This document shows positions 1 through 8,446 of a stretch of DNA of 64,000 nucleotides, one piece after another; the first letter of the stretch is position 1; each line of letters starts with the position of its first letter. Made by a program: the position numbers and the translations under genes. Source of the DNA: Alphaproteobacteria bacterium. Lineage in GTDB: Bacteria; Pseudomonadota; Alphaproteobacteria; UBA8366; Aestuariispiraceae. The notes under the pieces are model-generated. The model made no database searches. It was not told the origin of the DNA and saw only the letters and a list, made by a program, of their open reading frames with translations. Location of the stretch: contig JARFVT010000012.1 of assembly GCA_036677425.1 (NCBI GenBank), positions 20,583 through 84,582 on the forward strand. Reading direction: 5' to 3'.

Positions 1-1
1 T

Positions 2-328
2 AGCACATATGGCAGTTATCGTGATTGGGAATTTACTCATAAATACAACTCCTTAGAAGCAAGAGGCGATATTGGTGATACTGCGGTTATTTTATATATT
101 AAAAGATGTTGGCCAGATATTGAAATTAGAAAAAAAGGCGATATACTTTCTTGGTGTACTTATAGTGGTGGTTTTGCAAATACTCCTATGGCCTTTATAA
201 GACAGAAAAAAGAAAGCGGCTGGAATATATTATCCAGCCACTCTCCCCCACATCGTGCCTATAGAGATGGTCATTGGGAAACTGCTACAGATATCCATAA
301 ATATCTTGTTGAATTAGGGGGGCGATAA
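2..328 (+). CDS. 3' end of an ORF entering from the left window edge (108 codons + TAA), unknown function
   Basis: Own translation of frame 2: STYGSYRDWEFTHKYNSLEARGDIGDTAVILYIKRCWPDIEIRKKGDILSWCTYSGGF...DIHKYLVELGGR*. It is open from base 2 to TAA at 326-328. It is absent from the track because no start lies in the window. No family recognised. Confidence 0.4.
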   Translation, partial: STYGSYRDWEFTHKYNSLEARGDIGDTAVILYIKRCWPDIEIRKKGDILSWCTYSGGFANTPMAFIRQKKESGWNILSSHSPPHRAYRDGHWETATDIHKYLVELGGR

Positions 329-883
329 TGGTTATTCTTTAGGGCGATAATAATTAATTCGCGCCAATTCGCCTTTAGAGTTTTTATCTCCTTTCCATTT
401 TTCAATTTTAATGCATGAGTTGAGCAAACAAAATTGCGGTATTCCTAGCTTTAAAAAGATAGTAATTGCCCACCACCGTTAGGCGTACAATATAACCCCA
501 CAACCATCACTTGAAAAATATAAGTTTTTATTATATAATATTAATCATATTGGGAGAATTTAATGCGTCTGATTAATATAATTATCGCTGTTATCTTATT
601 TATGGGAAATGCAGCATTTGCCGATTATAAAGCGGGAAAAGCCGCTTATGATGCGGGCGATTATCAAACTGCTTATAACGAGTGGTTACCATTGGCAGAG
701 GCGGGCGATGCTGAGGCACAACATAAAATAGGATATATGTATAAGCTAGGGTATCATGTAAAAATTGATTTAATAGAATCCCAGAAATGGTATTTAAAAT
801 CTGCAAATACAGCAATTGGAACAGGTGGCAGTGAATTCAGTTTAAGTAAAATTCTATTATCGGGTGATTTAACAAAAATTTAT

Positions 884-895
884 TGACCTGCGCCC
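884..895. repeat. IS terminal inverted repeat (low-coordinate end) TGACCTGCGCCC
   Basis: Exact reverse complement of 2129-2140. Confidence 0.9.
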
Positions 896-909
896 CAACT
901 TTGTACCAG

Positions 910-1815
910 TTAGCCGTAGAGTCCTTTAGTTAAGTTTTTATCAATTATTTGATCATTTGCAACCATTATGGGGGCATGCCCCCATAATGGTTGGTCGTTT
1001 TTATTTTGCAAAGCTTGTATTGGGCTTTGCCCATCCAAGGCTGAGTGCGGCCTTACATGATTATAATCATCGCGCCAATCTGCTAATATCTTACGAACAT
1101 GATGAAGGTCTTCAAACAGTGTTTCATTTAAACATTCATCACGTAATTTACCATTGAAGCTTTCCACAAACCCGTTTTGCATCGGCTTGCCTGGTGCGAT
1201 GTAATGCCAATTGATGCCCATGTCGCCTTGCCATTTTAGTAGGGCATTTGATGTCATTTCCGTGCCGTTATCGCTGACTATTGTATCTGGCTTGCCACGT
1301 ATTGCTATTATGTTATCTAACTCACGGGACAAACGATGACCACCGATCGATGTATCAGCCACCAGTGCCAAACATTCTCGGCTGCTATCATCAACAACAC
1401 ATAACATTCTAAAACGCCTGCCATCCATAAAACTATCACTGACAAAATCAAGCGACCAGCGTTCGTTGACCTTAGAAGGCACTGCAATCGGTGATCTTGT
1501 GCCAATAGCACGCTTGCGACCATTCCGTTTGCGAACTGCCAAACCTTCTTCTTTATACAAACGCCGAAGCTTCTTATGGTTAAGGTGATAACCCTCACGT
1601 GCCAATAAAATATGCAGACGGCGATAGCCAAAGCGTTTACGTAAATGCGATAATTCGCGTAATCTGCTGCGTAATACTGCATCATTGGGTCGTACGGATT
1701 GGTACCGGATTAAAGATCGTTCCACGTTAAGCATTAAACACGCCCGCCGCTCACTCACCATAAAATTTGTTCGAAGGTGAGTGACAGCATCTCGCTTGCC
1801 AGCGGGCGTTACCAT
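910..1815 (-). CDS. IS3-family transposase OrfB (DDE/rve integrase core), expressed as OrfAB by -1 frameshift
   Basis: 301 aa with DDE-type motifs ([41 protein letters not shown]). It overlaps OrfA in the -1 frame. Confidence 0.9.
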   Translation of the reverse strand: MVTPAGKRDAVTHLRTNFMVSERRACLMLNVERSLIRYQSVRPNDAVLRSRLRELSHLRKRFGYRRLHILLAREGYHLNHKKLRRLYKEEGLAVRKRNGRKRAIGTRSPIAVPSKVNERWSLDFVSDSFMDGRRFRMLCVVDDSSRECLALVADTSIGGHRLSRELDNIIAIRGKPDTIVSDNGTEMTSNALLKWQGDMGINWHYIAPGKPMQNGFVESFNGKLRDECLNETLFEDLHHVRKILADWRDDYNHVRPHSALDGQSPIQALQNKNDQPLWGHAPIMVANDQIIDKNLTKGLYG

Positions 1816-2075
1816 TTTTTTGCATTCACATCTTTCAACATCGAAATATCCAAATGGGCATCCGCCAGCAAAGATTTTAAACGGCGGTTTTCATCTTCAA
1901 GCAATTTTAATCGTTTAGCATCACTGACTTCCATGCCGCCATATTTTGACTTCCACTTGTAAAATGTACTTTCTGCAATTCCGTGTCTGCGGCAAAAATC
2001 TGCGGTGGTAATGCCAGATTCCTGCTCTTTTAATATACGAATAATCTGTTCTTCGTTAAATCTACTACGTTTCAT
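1809..2075 (-). CDS. IS3-family transposase OrfA (HTH DNA-binding part)
   Basis: 88 aa: [67 protein letters not shown]. This is the typical IS3/IS407 OrfA HTH followed by a leucine-zipper-like region. Confidence 0.9.
   Translation of the reverse strand: MKRSRFNEEQIIRILKEQESGITTADFCRRHGIAESTFYKWKSKYGGMEVSDAKRLKLLEDENRRLKSLLADAHLDISMLKDVNAKKW
1815..1821 (-). other. Programmed -1 ribosomal frameshift heptamer A AAA AAA between orfA and orfB
   Basis: The minus strand reads GC A AAA AAA TGG TAA in the orfA frame. A -1 slip gives [11 protein letters not shown], which is the start of the OrfB reading frame. Confidence 0.75.
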
Positions 2076-2128
2076 TCTGATCTTCCTCCTGTTGAGAAAG
2101 ACTCTACTTATAAATGGACTAATTTAAA

Positions 2129-2140
2129 GGGCGCAGGTCA
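2129..2140. repeat. IS terminal inverted repeat (high-coordinate end) GGGCGCAGGTCA
   Basis: Exact reverse complement of 884-895. Confidence 0.9.
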
Positions 2141-2311
2141 TTATATTAATGAAGGTTTATGTTGGTTATATTTATCTTTTTTAAAAGAAAATTATTATGC
2201 ATCAAAAATGATTGAGGAATTAAAAAGAAAAAAGATTCCTACTTCACTTTTAACCGCCGCCAAAAACAAAGCAAGAAAGGGAGTGTGTACATCACACCCC
2301 CTGCTATGACT

Positions 2312-2722
2312 TTATTTAACCTTGGGATCTGTATACGCTTCGCTTGTTTTACTAATTACTTTCTCCAACATTTTCTCCGCTATCGCATCGCCATTTGATA
2401 GTTTTTTGGCAATAGCCCCCGATATTTTACCACCAACGACTTCAACCCCAACTTGCCGCAAACCCTCCATTTTAATTTTTTGCAATGCGGTTGGATTATT
2501 CGTAAAAAACTTATTAATTGCAACTGGGTTTGTTTGATCGATATTTGCCGATTTTAATGCTTTTTTTATATATTCTACACCTAACGGCGGCGGGCAGTCG
2601 CCCTTGCAAATCACTTGCGTGATTGGTTGGAGTTTTACTTTATAGTTAGCGTATATCGTTCTAGCAAACCCCGAGCAACAAAGTTGCGACGACGCGTTTG
2701 CGTTATATATATAAAATATCAA
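2312..2722 (-). CDS. Hypothetical protein, downstream half of the split ORF pair (TTG start in the track)
   Basis: 136-aa ORF overlapping the previous one by 20 nt in the +1 frame. No ATG start, no family recognised. Confidence 0.35.
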   Translation of the reverse strand: MIFYIYNANASSQLCCSGFARTIYANYKVKLQPITQVICKGDCPPPLGVEYIKKALKSANIDQTNPVAINKFFTNNPTALQKIKMEGLRQVGVEVVGGKISGAIAKKLSNGDAIAEKMLEKVISKTSEAYTDPKVK

Positions 2723-3050
2723 ACCCTAGCTCCAAGGCATTTTGAAGCTTACCTTTTTCAAATTTATCCTGAATAGCAGCCCCTTTAGGGTCATATTCGA
2801 CAAAGGGAATGCCCGGTTTTTCCAGCATATCTATATAAATATCTGAATATTTTTTTGCATCTTTCTGTAAAATACTTCCCATCTGTGCCGATGACCCATT
2901 CCATTTTATGCCTTGTAATTGTAATTTTTCCTGATGAGGACGTAGATTTTTCCAAAGCATAAGCCGCCCGCAGCTTAGGTTAGCGCATAAAGTATAAAAA
3001 AATTCGCTCGGGGTTTGCGTAATAATACATCTATATATACATATATTCAT
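2703..3050 (-). CDS. Hypothetical protein, upstream half of an ORF pair split at a (TA)5 tract
   Basis: 115-aa track ORF with a coding-like C-terminal two thirds (KKYSDIYIDMLEKPGIPFVEYDPKGAAIQDKFEKGKLQNALELGF). It ends in TAA inside TATATATATA. No family recognised. Confidence 0.35.
   Translation of the reverse strand: MNICIYRCIITQTPSEFFYTLCANLSCGRLMLWKNLRPHQEKLQLQGIKWNGSSAQMGSILQKDAKKYSDIYIDMLEKPGIPFVEYDPKGAAIQDKFEKGKLQNALELGFDILYI
2704..2713. repeat. (TA)5 dinucleotide tract at the ORF junction
   Basis: The sequence tatatatata is read directly. Adding one TA unit fuses ORFs 2703..3050 and 2312..2722 (...DILYIYNANASS...). Confidence 0.9.
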
Positions 3051-3185
3051 TGATTGTCAATTAATTTTTATGTTTTGTTCTTGTTAAATTATAATAGCAT
3101 GATATATATTAAAAAATAACAAATGTATTTCCGAGGGCTAGAAATAAATAACCCCTCGAAAGCGTAGTGCTAACAAGGGGTTATA

Positions 3186-3232
3186 TGGTGCCGCAACCAA
3201 GAATCGAACTCGGGACCTGATGATTACAAATA
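3186..3232 (-). pseudogene. 3' fragment (~47 nt) of a tRNA-Thr(UGU)-like gene, a probable att-site remnant
   Basis: The reverse complement reads TTTGTAATCATCAGGTCCCGAGTTCGATTCTTGGTTGCGGCACCA. This gives an anticodon loop TT-TGT-AA, a variable AGGTC, a T arm CCGAG/TTCGATT/CTTGG, the acceptor 3' strand TTGCGGC and ACCA. The sequence 5' of the anticodon loop cannot form an anticodon stem, D arm or acceptor 5' strand. Confidence 0.75.
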
Positions 3233-3481
3233 ATATGTAGCTATAACAGGTCGATACTCAGTCACTCTGTGTAGCAAGGAAACTAAGAGTTTTCTTGAAA
3301 TCCATTGCGATGGTTTATCCATAAATACGGCCTTTTATTAATGCCAATTATGCCAAGTATATCTATTTAAATAATTTCTCTGTGATTTTTATTTTATTAT
3401 TTGTGGCATCCCTCCATCTGAAGCTTGGCGATTTACATAGACTTAAGAGAGTTAAATGTGTATTTTAAAATCTAAAATTAA

Positions 3482-3964
3482 ATGAATGCATTTATGGGGT
3501 ATGGAATGTTAAAGAATATCGGTATGTTAATCTTAATCTCTACGCTATTTTCAGGTTGTGCTGCCGTGCCAATGGAAGACACTGAAAAAAACCTAGCAGC
3601 TAAGCAATTCAACCCGCCCTCAAATGGAAATGCGGGGCTATATATTTATCGTAATAGCTTTGTAGGGAAATCTTTAAAGAAAGATATCTGGATTGATGGG
3701 AAATGTATCGGTGAAACGGCTCCAGATGTTTTCTTCTATGAAGAAGTTAAAGGGAATATGAGCCACAAAATTTCTACAGAATCTGAGTTCTCTCCTAATG
3801 ACCTGCTAATTAATGTCAAAGCTGGTATACATTATTTTATTCGTCAATATATTAAGTTTGGAATATTTGTAGGTGGCGCTGGCATAGAGCTTGTTGACGA
3901 GGAAAAAGGCAAGAAAGAGGTGAGCACCCTAAATATGGCAACACAAGGTACATGTAGTAAATAA
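3482..3964 (+). CDS. Lipoprotein, DUF2846-like
   Basis: It has a lipobox LFSGC after a hydrophobic leader. The likely true start is ATG 3506 (MLKNIGMLILISTLFSGC). The NAGLYIYRNSF...IWIDGKCIGE pattern resembles DUF2846. Confidence 0.7.
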   Translation: MNAFMGYGMLKNIGMLILISTLFSGCAAVPMEDTEKNLAAKQFNPPSNGNAGLYIYRNSFVGKSLKKDIWIDGKCIGETAPDVFFYEEVKGNMSHKISTESEFSPNDLLINVKAGIHYFIRQYIKFGIFVGGAGIELVDEEKGKKEVSTLNMATQGTCSK

Positions 3965-4091
3965 CTAGGAATTATTTAGGTTACGGATTACCAGTCTCTC
4001 TCCACAGTAAAACTCTGTAAGCGTTGCGTTAATCGCACGGCATTATTGAGCCTATCAGCAACATCGGCAAAAACCGAGGGATCAACCATCA

Positions 4092-4406
4092 TTAACTAGC
4101 AACAACTTCAAGAGCAAACTTATCTGTCTTAATAGCCCGATTGAAGCGTTTGGATATTTTTACACGCGTGTTGGCAGGAATTTGGGTCGAGCCGTTAGTT
4201 TGGTAAGCTTGTTCTGCTTCTGAAATTTGGAAATCTACGTTTAAACGTTTGAGCGCTTCTTTTGCGACTTGATCAAAGCCACCGGGGGCAGCTAATATTG
4301 ATTTTCCAGTGAAGCTGTTAGCTCGTGCCTTAGCATTACCCCATAGCCAACTTTCATCAATTTTCCATCTCGAGTTAACTTTTTCAAAGCACGCCAACCT
4401 GATCAT
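4092..4406 (-). CDS. Hypothetical protein or gene fragment
   Basis: 104-aa ORF with coding-like composition. No family recognised. Confidence 0.3.
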   Translation of the reverse strand: MIRLACFEKVNSRWKIDESWLWGNAKARANSFTGKSILAAPGGFDQVAKEALKRLNVDFQISEAEQAYQTNGSTQIPANTRVKISKRFNRAIKTDKFALEVVAS

Positions 4407-4505
4407 ACGCCCCGTAACTATTTTTAGCGTTAATCATCACGTCCTGAATATAGTTTAGCAGAGCGCTCATTTTTAAGTTTTGGCGCTGACAGCTAATAGT
4501 TAATT

Positions 4506-5666
4506 CTATGATTTTATTGATTTTTGAAATAATGCAAAAAAGCATCCACATACTAGAATAGATGCCCCAGCAATAAGCCCATAGGTTAAATCTCCAGTTA
4601 CATCAGATAACCATCCAGCTCCAATTGGCCCTAAAGTTTGCCCAATAGCAAAGATACTCGTATAGAGCGCTATTGCTGTTCCCCATTGATTTTGAGGTAG
4701 GTTTTTCTTACTGAAAGCAGTAACAGCTGTTGGTGCTATAAAAAAGGACACACCGAAGATTAAAGCAGAAAGTATGACCCCCAACCAATTGCCTAGGATA
4801 AGTGGTATAATCGAACCTATACCTGTAGCGAGTGAAGCTAGAGCGAGAGGAATACCGTTGTTGAATTTAGCTAGGACAGCACGCCAAGGAAATGGGGATA
4901 ACATTACACCAATACCTTATGTTGCCCAGCACAAAATAATAAGCTCAACTGATGCGCCTTGGTTTCGTAACCAGGCAACAACAAATGTCATATAAACTAT
5001 ATAACCAGCAGAAAATAAAAAATAACCTGAGAGTGAAGGCAGAAGTTTGTATATTGGAATAGATATTTCGGTTGTTGCTTGATTAGAAGTTGGCGTGTGA
5101 GTGGTGAATGCGGCGTAAACCGATGGTATGCATGCTAACGCGCTTAACCCTCCCATTAGTAACCAAGCGTAAGGCCATGAAGAGATGCTCCCTATATCAA
5201 TTATTATTGGTAATGAAATTGCAGTTACAAGAATACCAAAACCAGCACCTGAAAAATAGATAGCTATAGCAAGAGCATTTTTTGAAGTCGAGTGAGGCCA
5301 AGTCGTTGCTACGATTGCCGCGCCTGCAATAAAAACTGGGGCACCGCCTATTCCAGCAAGAAGTCTCATTACAGATAAAATGATAATGTTGTCAGTTACG
5401 CCTGAAAGAAGAAGCGCAATTGTTGTCAATATCATCCCATATAAAAAAAGAAAGCGGGGAGCAAGCTTTTGATTGAAATATAAAGCTAGCAGGGCACCAA
5501 GTAGATACCCCAAAGCATTAATGGTATTGATCCAGCCCGCAGTTGTATATGTCCAATGCAAGTCAGCCTTCATGGCTGGTAAAATTAGCCCATATCCAAA
5601 TCGGGCGAATCCGTTACTAACTGCTGTACCTAACGCAAGACCAAATATCATAAACCAGACACGCAT
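4506..5666 (-). pseudogene. MFS transporter (YbfB/YjiJ-like) with an in-frame TAA
   Basis: Track ORFs 4917..5666 and 4506..4904 are in the same frame (5666-4904=762). The junction reads W A T TAA G I G V M L S P F. Both parts are polytopic membrane sequence (GFARFGYGLILPAMKADL... is typical of YbfB/YjiJ). Confidence 0.8.
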
Positions 5667-6235
5667 TAATGCATGCTCGAATTTGAAATTAGTTCTGTAG
5701 CAGCAATTAACCCGTAATCAATTATTGCTGGTGTTTGTTGGATATAGGCTTCAGAGATAGCTCCATCCCATAAAATTAGTATCTGTTGAGCTTTTAATTC
5801 TGCTAAACTAATAGGCCGTTGGGAAAATAAATGCATCATTATCTGATCTTTGATCCACTCTTTGTGCTGGCCGGCTACTTGGTGGATTTTACTTGCTGGA
5901 TCAGATGTTTGAAGTGCAGCATTGATAAATACACAGCCTCGAAAGCATTCGCCTTTTTGAGTTGCCTTTGCAATTTGGAAAAACTGAAAGAGTTTATCAT
6001 TTGCAGTTATATCTCCGTCGAAAGCTTTGTATATAGCAGATCGCCGTTGCATCATATACTCTTCTAACACTGCTAAAATTAGATTTTCCTTACTCCCAAA
6101 CAAATTATATAGAGACATTTTAGCAACATCTGCCGCCTCAATAATTTCGCTAATTCCTACGTTCGTGAGGCCTTTTTCATATATTAATCGAGATGTTTCT
6201 GAAATAAGTCGATATCGCGGATTTGTATTTTCCAA
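5666..6235 (-). CDS. TetR/AcrR-family transcriptional regulator
   Basis: N-terminal HTH (ETSRLIYEKGLTNVGISEIIEAADVAKMSLYNLFGSKENL). Its stop overlaps the start of the downstream MFS gene. Confidence 0.85.
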   Translation of the reverse strand: MENTNPRYRLISETSRLIYEKGLTNVGISEIIEAADVAKMSLYNLFGSKENLILAVLEEYMMQRRSAIYKAFDGDITANDKLFQFFQIAKATQKGECFRGCVFINAALQTSDPASKIHQVAGQHKEWIKDQIMMHLFSQRPISLAELKAQQILILWDGAISEAYIQQTPAIIDYGLIAATELISNSSMH

Positions 6236-6417
6236 TTCTTTACCTCCATTATGTTTAATTCTGTCTAGCTTTTACTTTATGCCGAAATCATTATATAATT
6301 TACATCTTTTGCGGTTATTTTTTATAGACGAGTTCAACTAGTTATATTAGAATGATTAAAATTAGGTATATCAGTCTGTCTATTAATATAGATAATTCTG
6401 CCGTATGTCTATTGGAA

Positions 6418-6941
6418 TTAAGCATTACATCGAAAACATGGAAAAGGGCATATTATGAATTTCTTCATTAATCTTCCCCCTGTATTGGATATGATAACCT
6501 GTCGCCGCGCCGCCATCGGCCACGGCATGATGAAAGAACCAGCCCATAGACCGCGCTTGGCATGTTTGGCTTTAAATTCTAGTTGAATGTAATCTGATGA
6601 ATATTTGGCGTAGGCGATGGCTAAGCCTTGTTTGACCAACCAAGAATTATGTTGATATTTCGTCCGTAACATATGGCTATGAGGCGTTTATAACGATCAC
6701 GGAATTTGCTAATGCATTTGATAATAACTTTGTTGGTGAAAACACGTAAGGCCTTTGTGGCGGCTTTACCACAGGCATAGATAAACCCAAGCTTACCCAG
6801 ACAATTTTGCTTATTTTCTGGCACATCAATGCCATGCAATCTAATGCGCTGCCCGTTAATATCTATCGTGTCGCCGTCGATAATCCGTGCGTATCCTGTA
6901 ATGATAGTTTCTGCACAAATAGATTTCGAGACCATCGCCAA
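6418..6941 (-). pseudogene. Staphylococcal-nuclease-like (SNase/thermonuclease) gene with a frameshift
   Basis: ORF 6621..6941 carries RIIDGDTIDINGQRIRLHGIDVPE...DRYKRLIAICY. ORF 6418..6672 continues in another frame with LVKQGLAIAYAKYSSDY...AKRGLWAGSFIMPW. Together they make a complete SNase domain. Confidence 0.78.
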
Positions 6942-7022
6942 TGCGATAATAACAAATAAATATCTAAATGCCCAATGAAACGCATATATGCAGTGCGCCC
7001 ACTATGCATATGCATAACCTTA

Positions 7023-7125
7023 ATCTTGGTGATCGGGGAGTTAGTATACCGTAGCAAGACGGTCACTGCTGCCTTCAGTCCGAGAACCTGTTGTATAACA
7101 ACAGCCCCCGACCATAGGTCAAGAT
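7023..7125 (-). other. GC-rich cloverleaf-like structured element of unknown identity (candidate ncRNA)
   Basis: On the minus strand a 9-bp closing helix GGTCGGGGG/CTCCCCGATC (two G-U pairs that are A-C mismatches on the plus strand) encloses three hairpins. These are 7088-7104 (7 bp), 7065-7079 (4 bp, 7-nt loop) and 7048-7063 (5 bp, 6-nt loop). An outer helix pairs 7023-7028 with 7120-7125. The minus-strand 3' side ends ...GATC-ACCA. Confidence 0.3.
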
Positions 7126-7506
7126 GTGATGTCTTTACTGGTAAATACCAACCACTTAGTAGGAGGTTACGACACCCTGGAACCTGCATCTTGGTTCCAA
7201 CCATTACGTTAAAGGGAATTAGTGAAGTTGGAAAGATTTAAATTAAAAAAGTGCTGGCTTTTAAGGATTGCCTTAAAGATCGTTTGAGGTGAAGACCTGA
7301 CATTATCGTAAAATTCAATATGTCATGAAAGCATTTCAATGCACCTATCATTGGTTTGCCTTTCCCAGTCACGATTATCAATTGCCTGACAGTCAGCAGC
7401 TATTACTTGGCTGGTAAAACTATCCATAATTCTGGGAATTTAAGATTTTTGAATATTGAATTATCATTTTTCTTTCACGGCAACTATATCAAATTTTGGT
7501 AAGCCA

Positions 7507-7719
7507 TTAACGATTTTCATTGTTGCAAGGCTTACGGTTATAACGCGCAGGAATAATTGCCCCCGCAAGGCCACTATACATTCTATCTTGTCTAACTCTA
7601 TCAATTTTTTGCGGATATGGAACTTCACCGCCCGGTGCAGGAGGCTCATGGAGCCATTGGCCAGCAACAAACCCCATAGTGCCGTAAGTTGCAATCTTGC
7701 TATACAATGTAGCAGCCAT
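7507..7719 (-). CDS. Small ORF or gene remnant at the distal end of the ABC/hydrolase operon
   Basis: Part of track ORF 7507..7779. From the internal ATG it reads MAATLYSKIATYGTMGFVAGQWLHEPPAPGGEVPYPQKIDRVRQDRMYSGLAGAIIPARYN, which is coding-like. No family recognised. An adjacent frame (7464..7694) may continue it after a frameshift. Confidence 0.25.
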   Translation of the reverse strand: MAATLYSKIATYGTMGFVAGQWLHEPPAPGGEVPYPQKIDRVRQDRMYSGLAGAIIPARYNRKPCNNENR

Positions 7720-7759
7720 GCAAAATTGGTATATTTTCAGGGGCAGGACAAATATAATC

Positions 7760-8446
7760 TTAAGTTGATTCTTTACCAATACGGATAAATTCTATAACAT
7801 CATCAGAACTAACCACATGACAATAAATCATGTTAATAATTTCTAGCTCATTATAATGAAGTTTATCAGTTGCAGCAGCGCAACAATCTTCAACCACGAT
7901 AACATTGAAACTTTCGTCGGCAAGGCTGCGAACAGATGATGATATGCATTGATCTGTAAAAATTCCAGCAACGACAACATTTTTAATACCTATATTTGAA
8001 AGAGTTAGGCGTAAATTTGTTCCAGTTAATGCACTATCTGTGGCTTTAGTAATGACGATTTCATCATTTTTTGGTTGAATTTCGGGTACAAATTGGCTTT
8101 CTTCATTATCTTTTGGTAGCAATAGATAATTAAAACCAGGTTTTTTTTGGCTAAGAGAGCGATCTCGCCCATCTTCGGTCATGCAGGCAATTCGTGCAAA
8201 GATAATTTCTATACCTTGCTTACGACATAAGTCGATTAAGTTTTTTGTATTAGGAATGACAGTTGATTTCATGCGATCGAAAAAACCTGCCCAACGTGCA
8301 TTTTCAGCAGGATCATCCTTTGTGGCAATATAGGTATTTTGGATATCAATGACTAAAAGAGCCGTTTCAGACGGATTAAATATAATATCGTCTGGCTCTA
8401 CGGCATTTTGATAATAAAATGAACGGTATTTATTTTTCCAAGTCAT
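7760..8446 (-). CDS. Isochorismatase-family cysteine hydrolase (amidohydrolase-type)
   Basis: 228 aa with ALLVIDIQNTY, a conserved K, and VVAGIFTDQCISSSVRSL (catalytic Cys context). Confidence 0.85.
   Translation of the reverse strand: MTWKNKYRSFYYQNAVEPDDIIFNPSETALLVIDIQNTYIATKDDPAENARWAGFFDRMKSTVIPNTKNLIDLCRKQGIEIIFARIACMTEDGRDRSLSQKKPGFNYLLLPKDNEESQFVPEIQPKNDEIVITKATDSALTGTNLRLTLSNIGIKNVVVAGIFTDQCISSSVRSLADESFNVIVVEDCCAAATDKLHYNELEIINMIYCHVVSSDDVIEFIRIGKEST

Larger units (their letters stand above)
884..2140 (-). mobile_element. IS3-family insertion sequence (IS407-like group), 1257 bp, apparently intact
   Basis: Termini are TG...CA. It has 12-bp perfect terminal inverted repeats plus further imperfect matches (GTAGAGTC about 35 bp in on both ends). 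It is flanked by a 4-bp direct repeat TTAT (880-883 and 2141-2144). It carries two overlapping transposase ORFs joined by an A AAA AAA slippery heptamer. Confidence 0.92.
563..2309 (+). pseudogene. Sel1-repeat (TPR-like) protein gene interrupted by an IS element; 5' part 563-883, 3' part 2145-2309
   Basis: Track ORF 563..886 has a hydrophobic N-terminus and Sel1-type motifs (AYDAGDYQTAYNEWLPLAEAGDAEAQHKIGYMYKLG; SQKWYLKSA). It ends at the TGA formed by the first bases of the IS inverted repeat. Deleting 884-2144 (IS plus one TTAT copy) continues the same frame for 54 codons (INEGLCWLYLSFLKENYYASKMIEELKRKK...SHPLL) to TGA 2307-2309. Confidence 0.75.

Noticed and set aside
6993-7001. GTGCGCCCA on the plus strand resembles the 5' end of bacterial group II introns (GTGCG...).
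   Set aside because: I found no domain V-like hairpin (AGC triad, GNRA loop, ...ACGGTTC) downstream. There is also no reverse-transcriptase ORF, and the local pairing favours the opposite strand.
7062-7090. The minus strand CAGGTTCTCGGACTGAAGGCAGCAG partly resembles the SRP (4.5S) RNA domain IV core CAGGTCCGGAAGGAAGCAGC.
   Set aside because: The region folds as a multi-branch junction rather than one long hairpin. The GGAA tetraloop and symmetric-loop residues are not preserved. The match is too partial to call ffs.
7023-7195. The 8-nt direct repeat ATCTTGGT (7023-7030 and 7188-7195) could be a target-site duplication of a ~157-bp MITE.
   Set aside because: There are no terminal inverted repeats at the inner boundaries. 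An 8-nt repeat can occur by chance, and part of it takes part in the predicted helices.
6863-7241. Track ORFs 6863..7204 (-) and 6975..7241 (+) lie in the non-coding gap.
   Set aside because: They have implausible composition (Cys/Arg/Trp-rich), overlap each other on opposite strands, and have no recognisable motif. They coincide with the structured GC-rich element.
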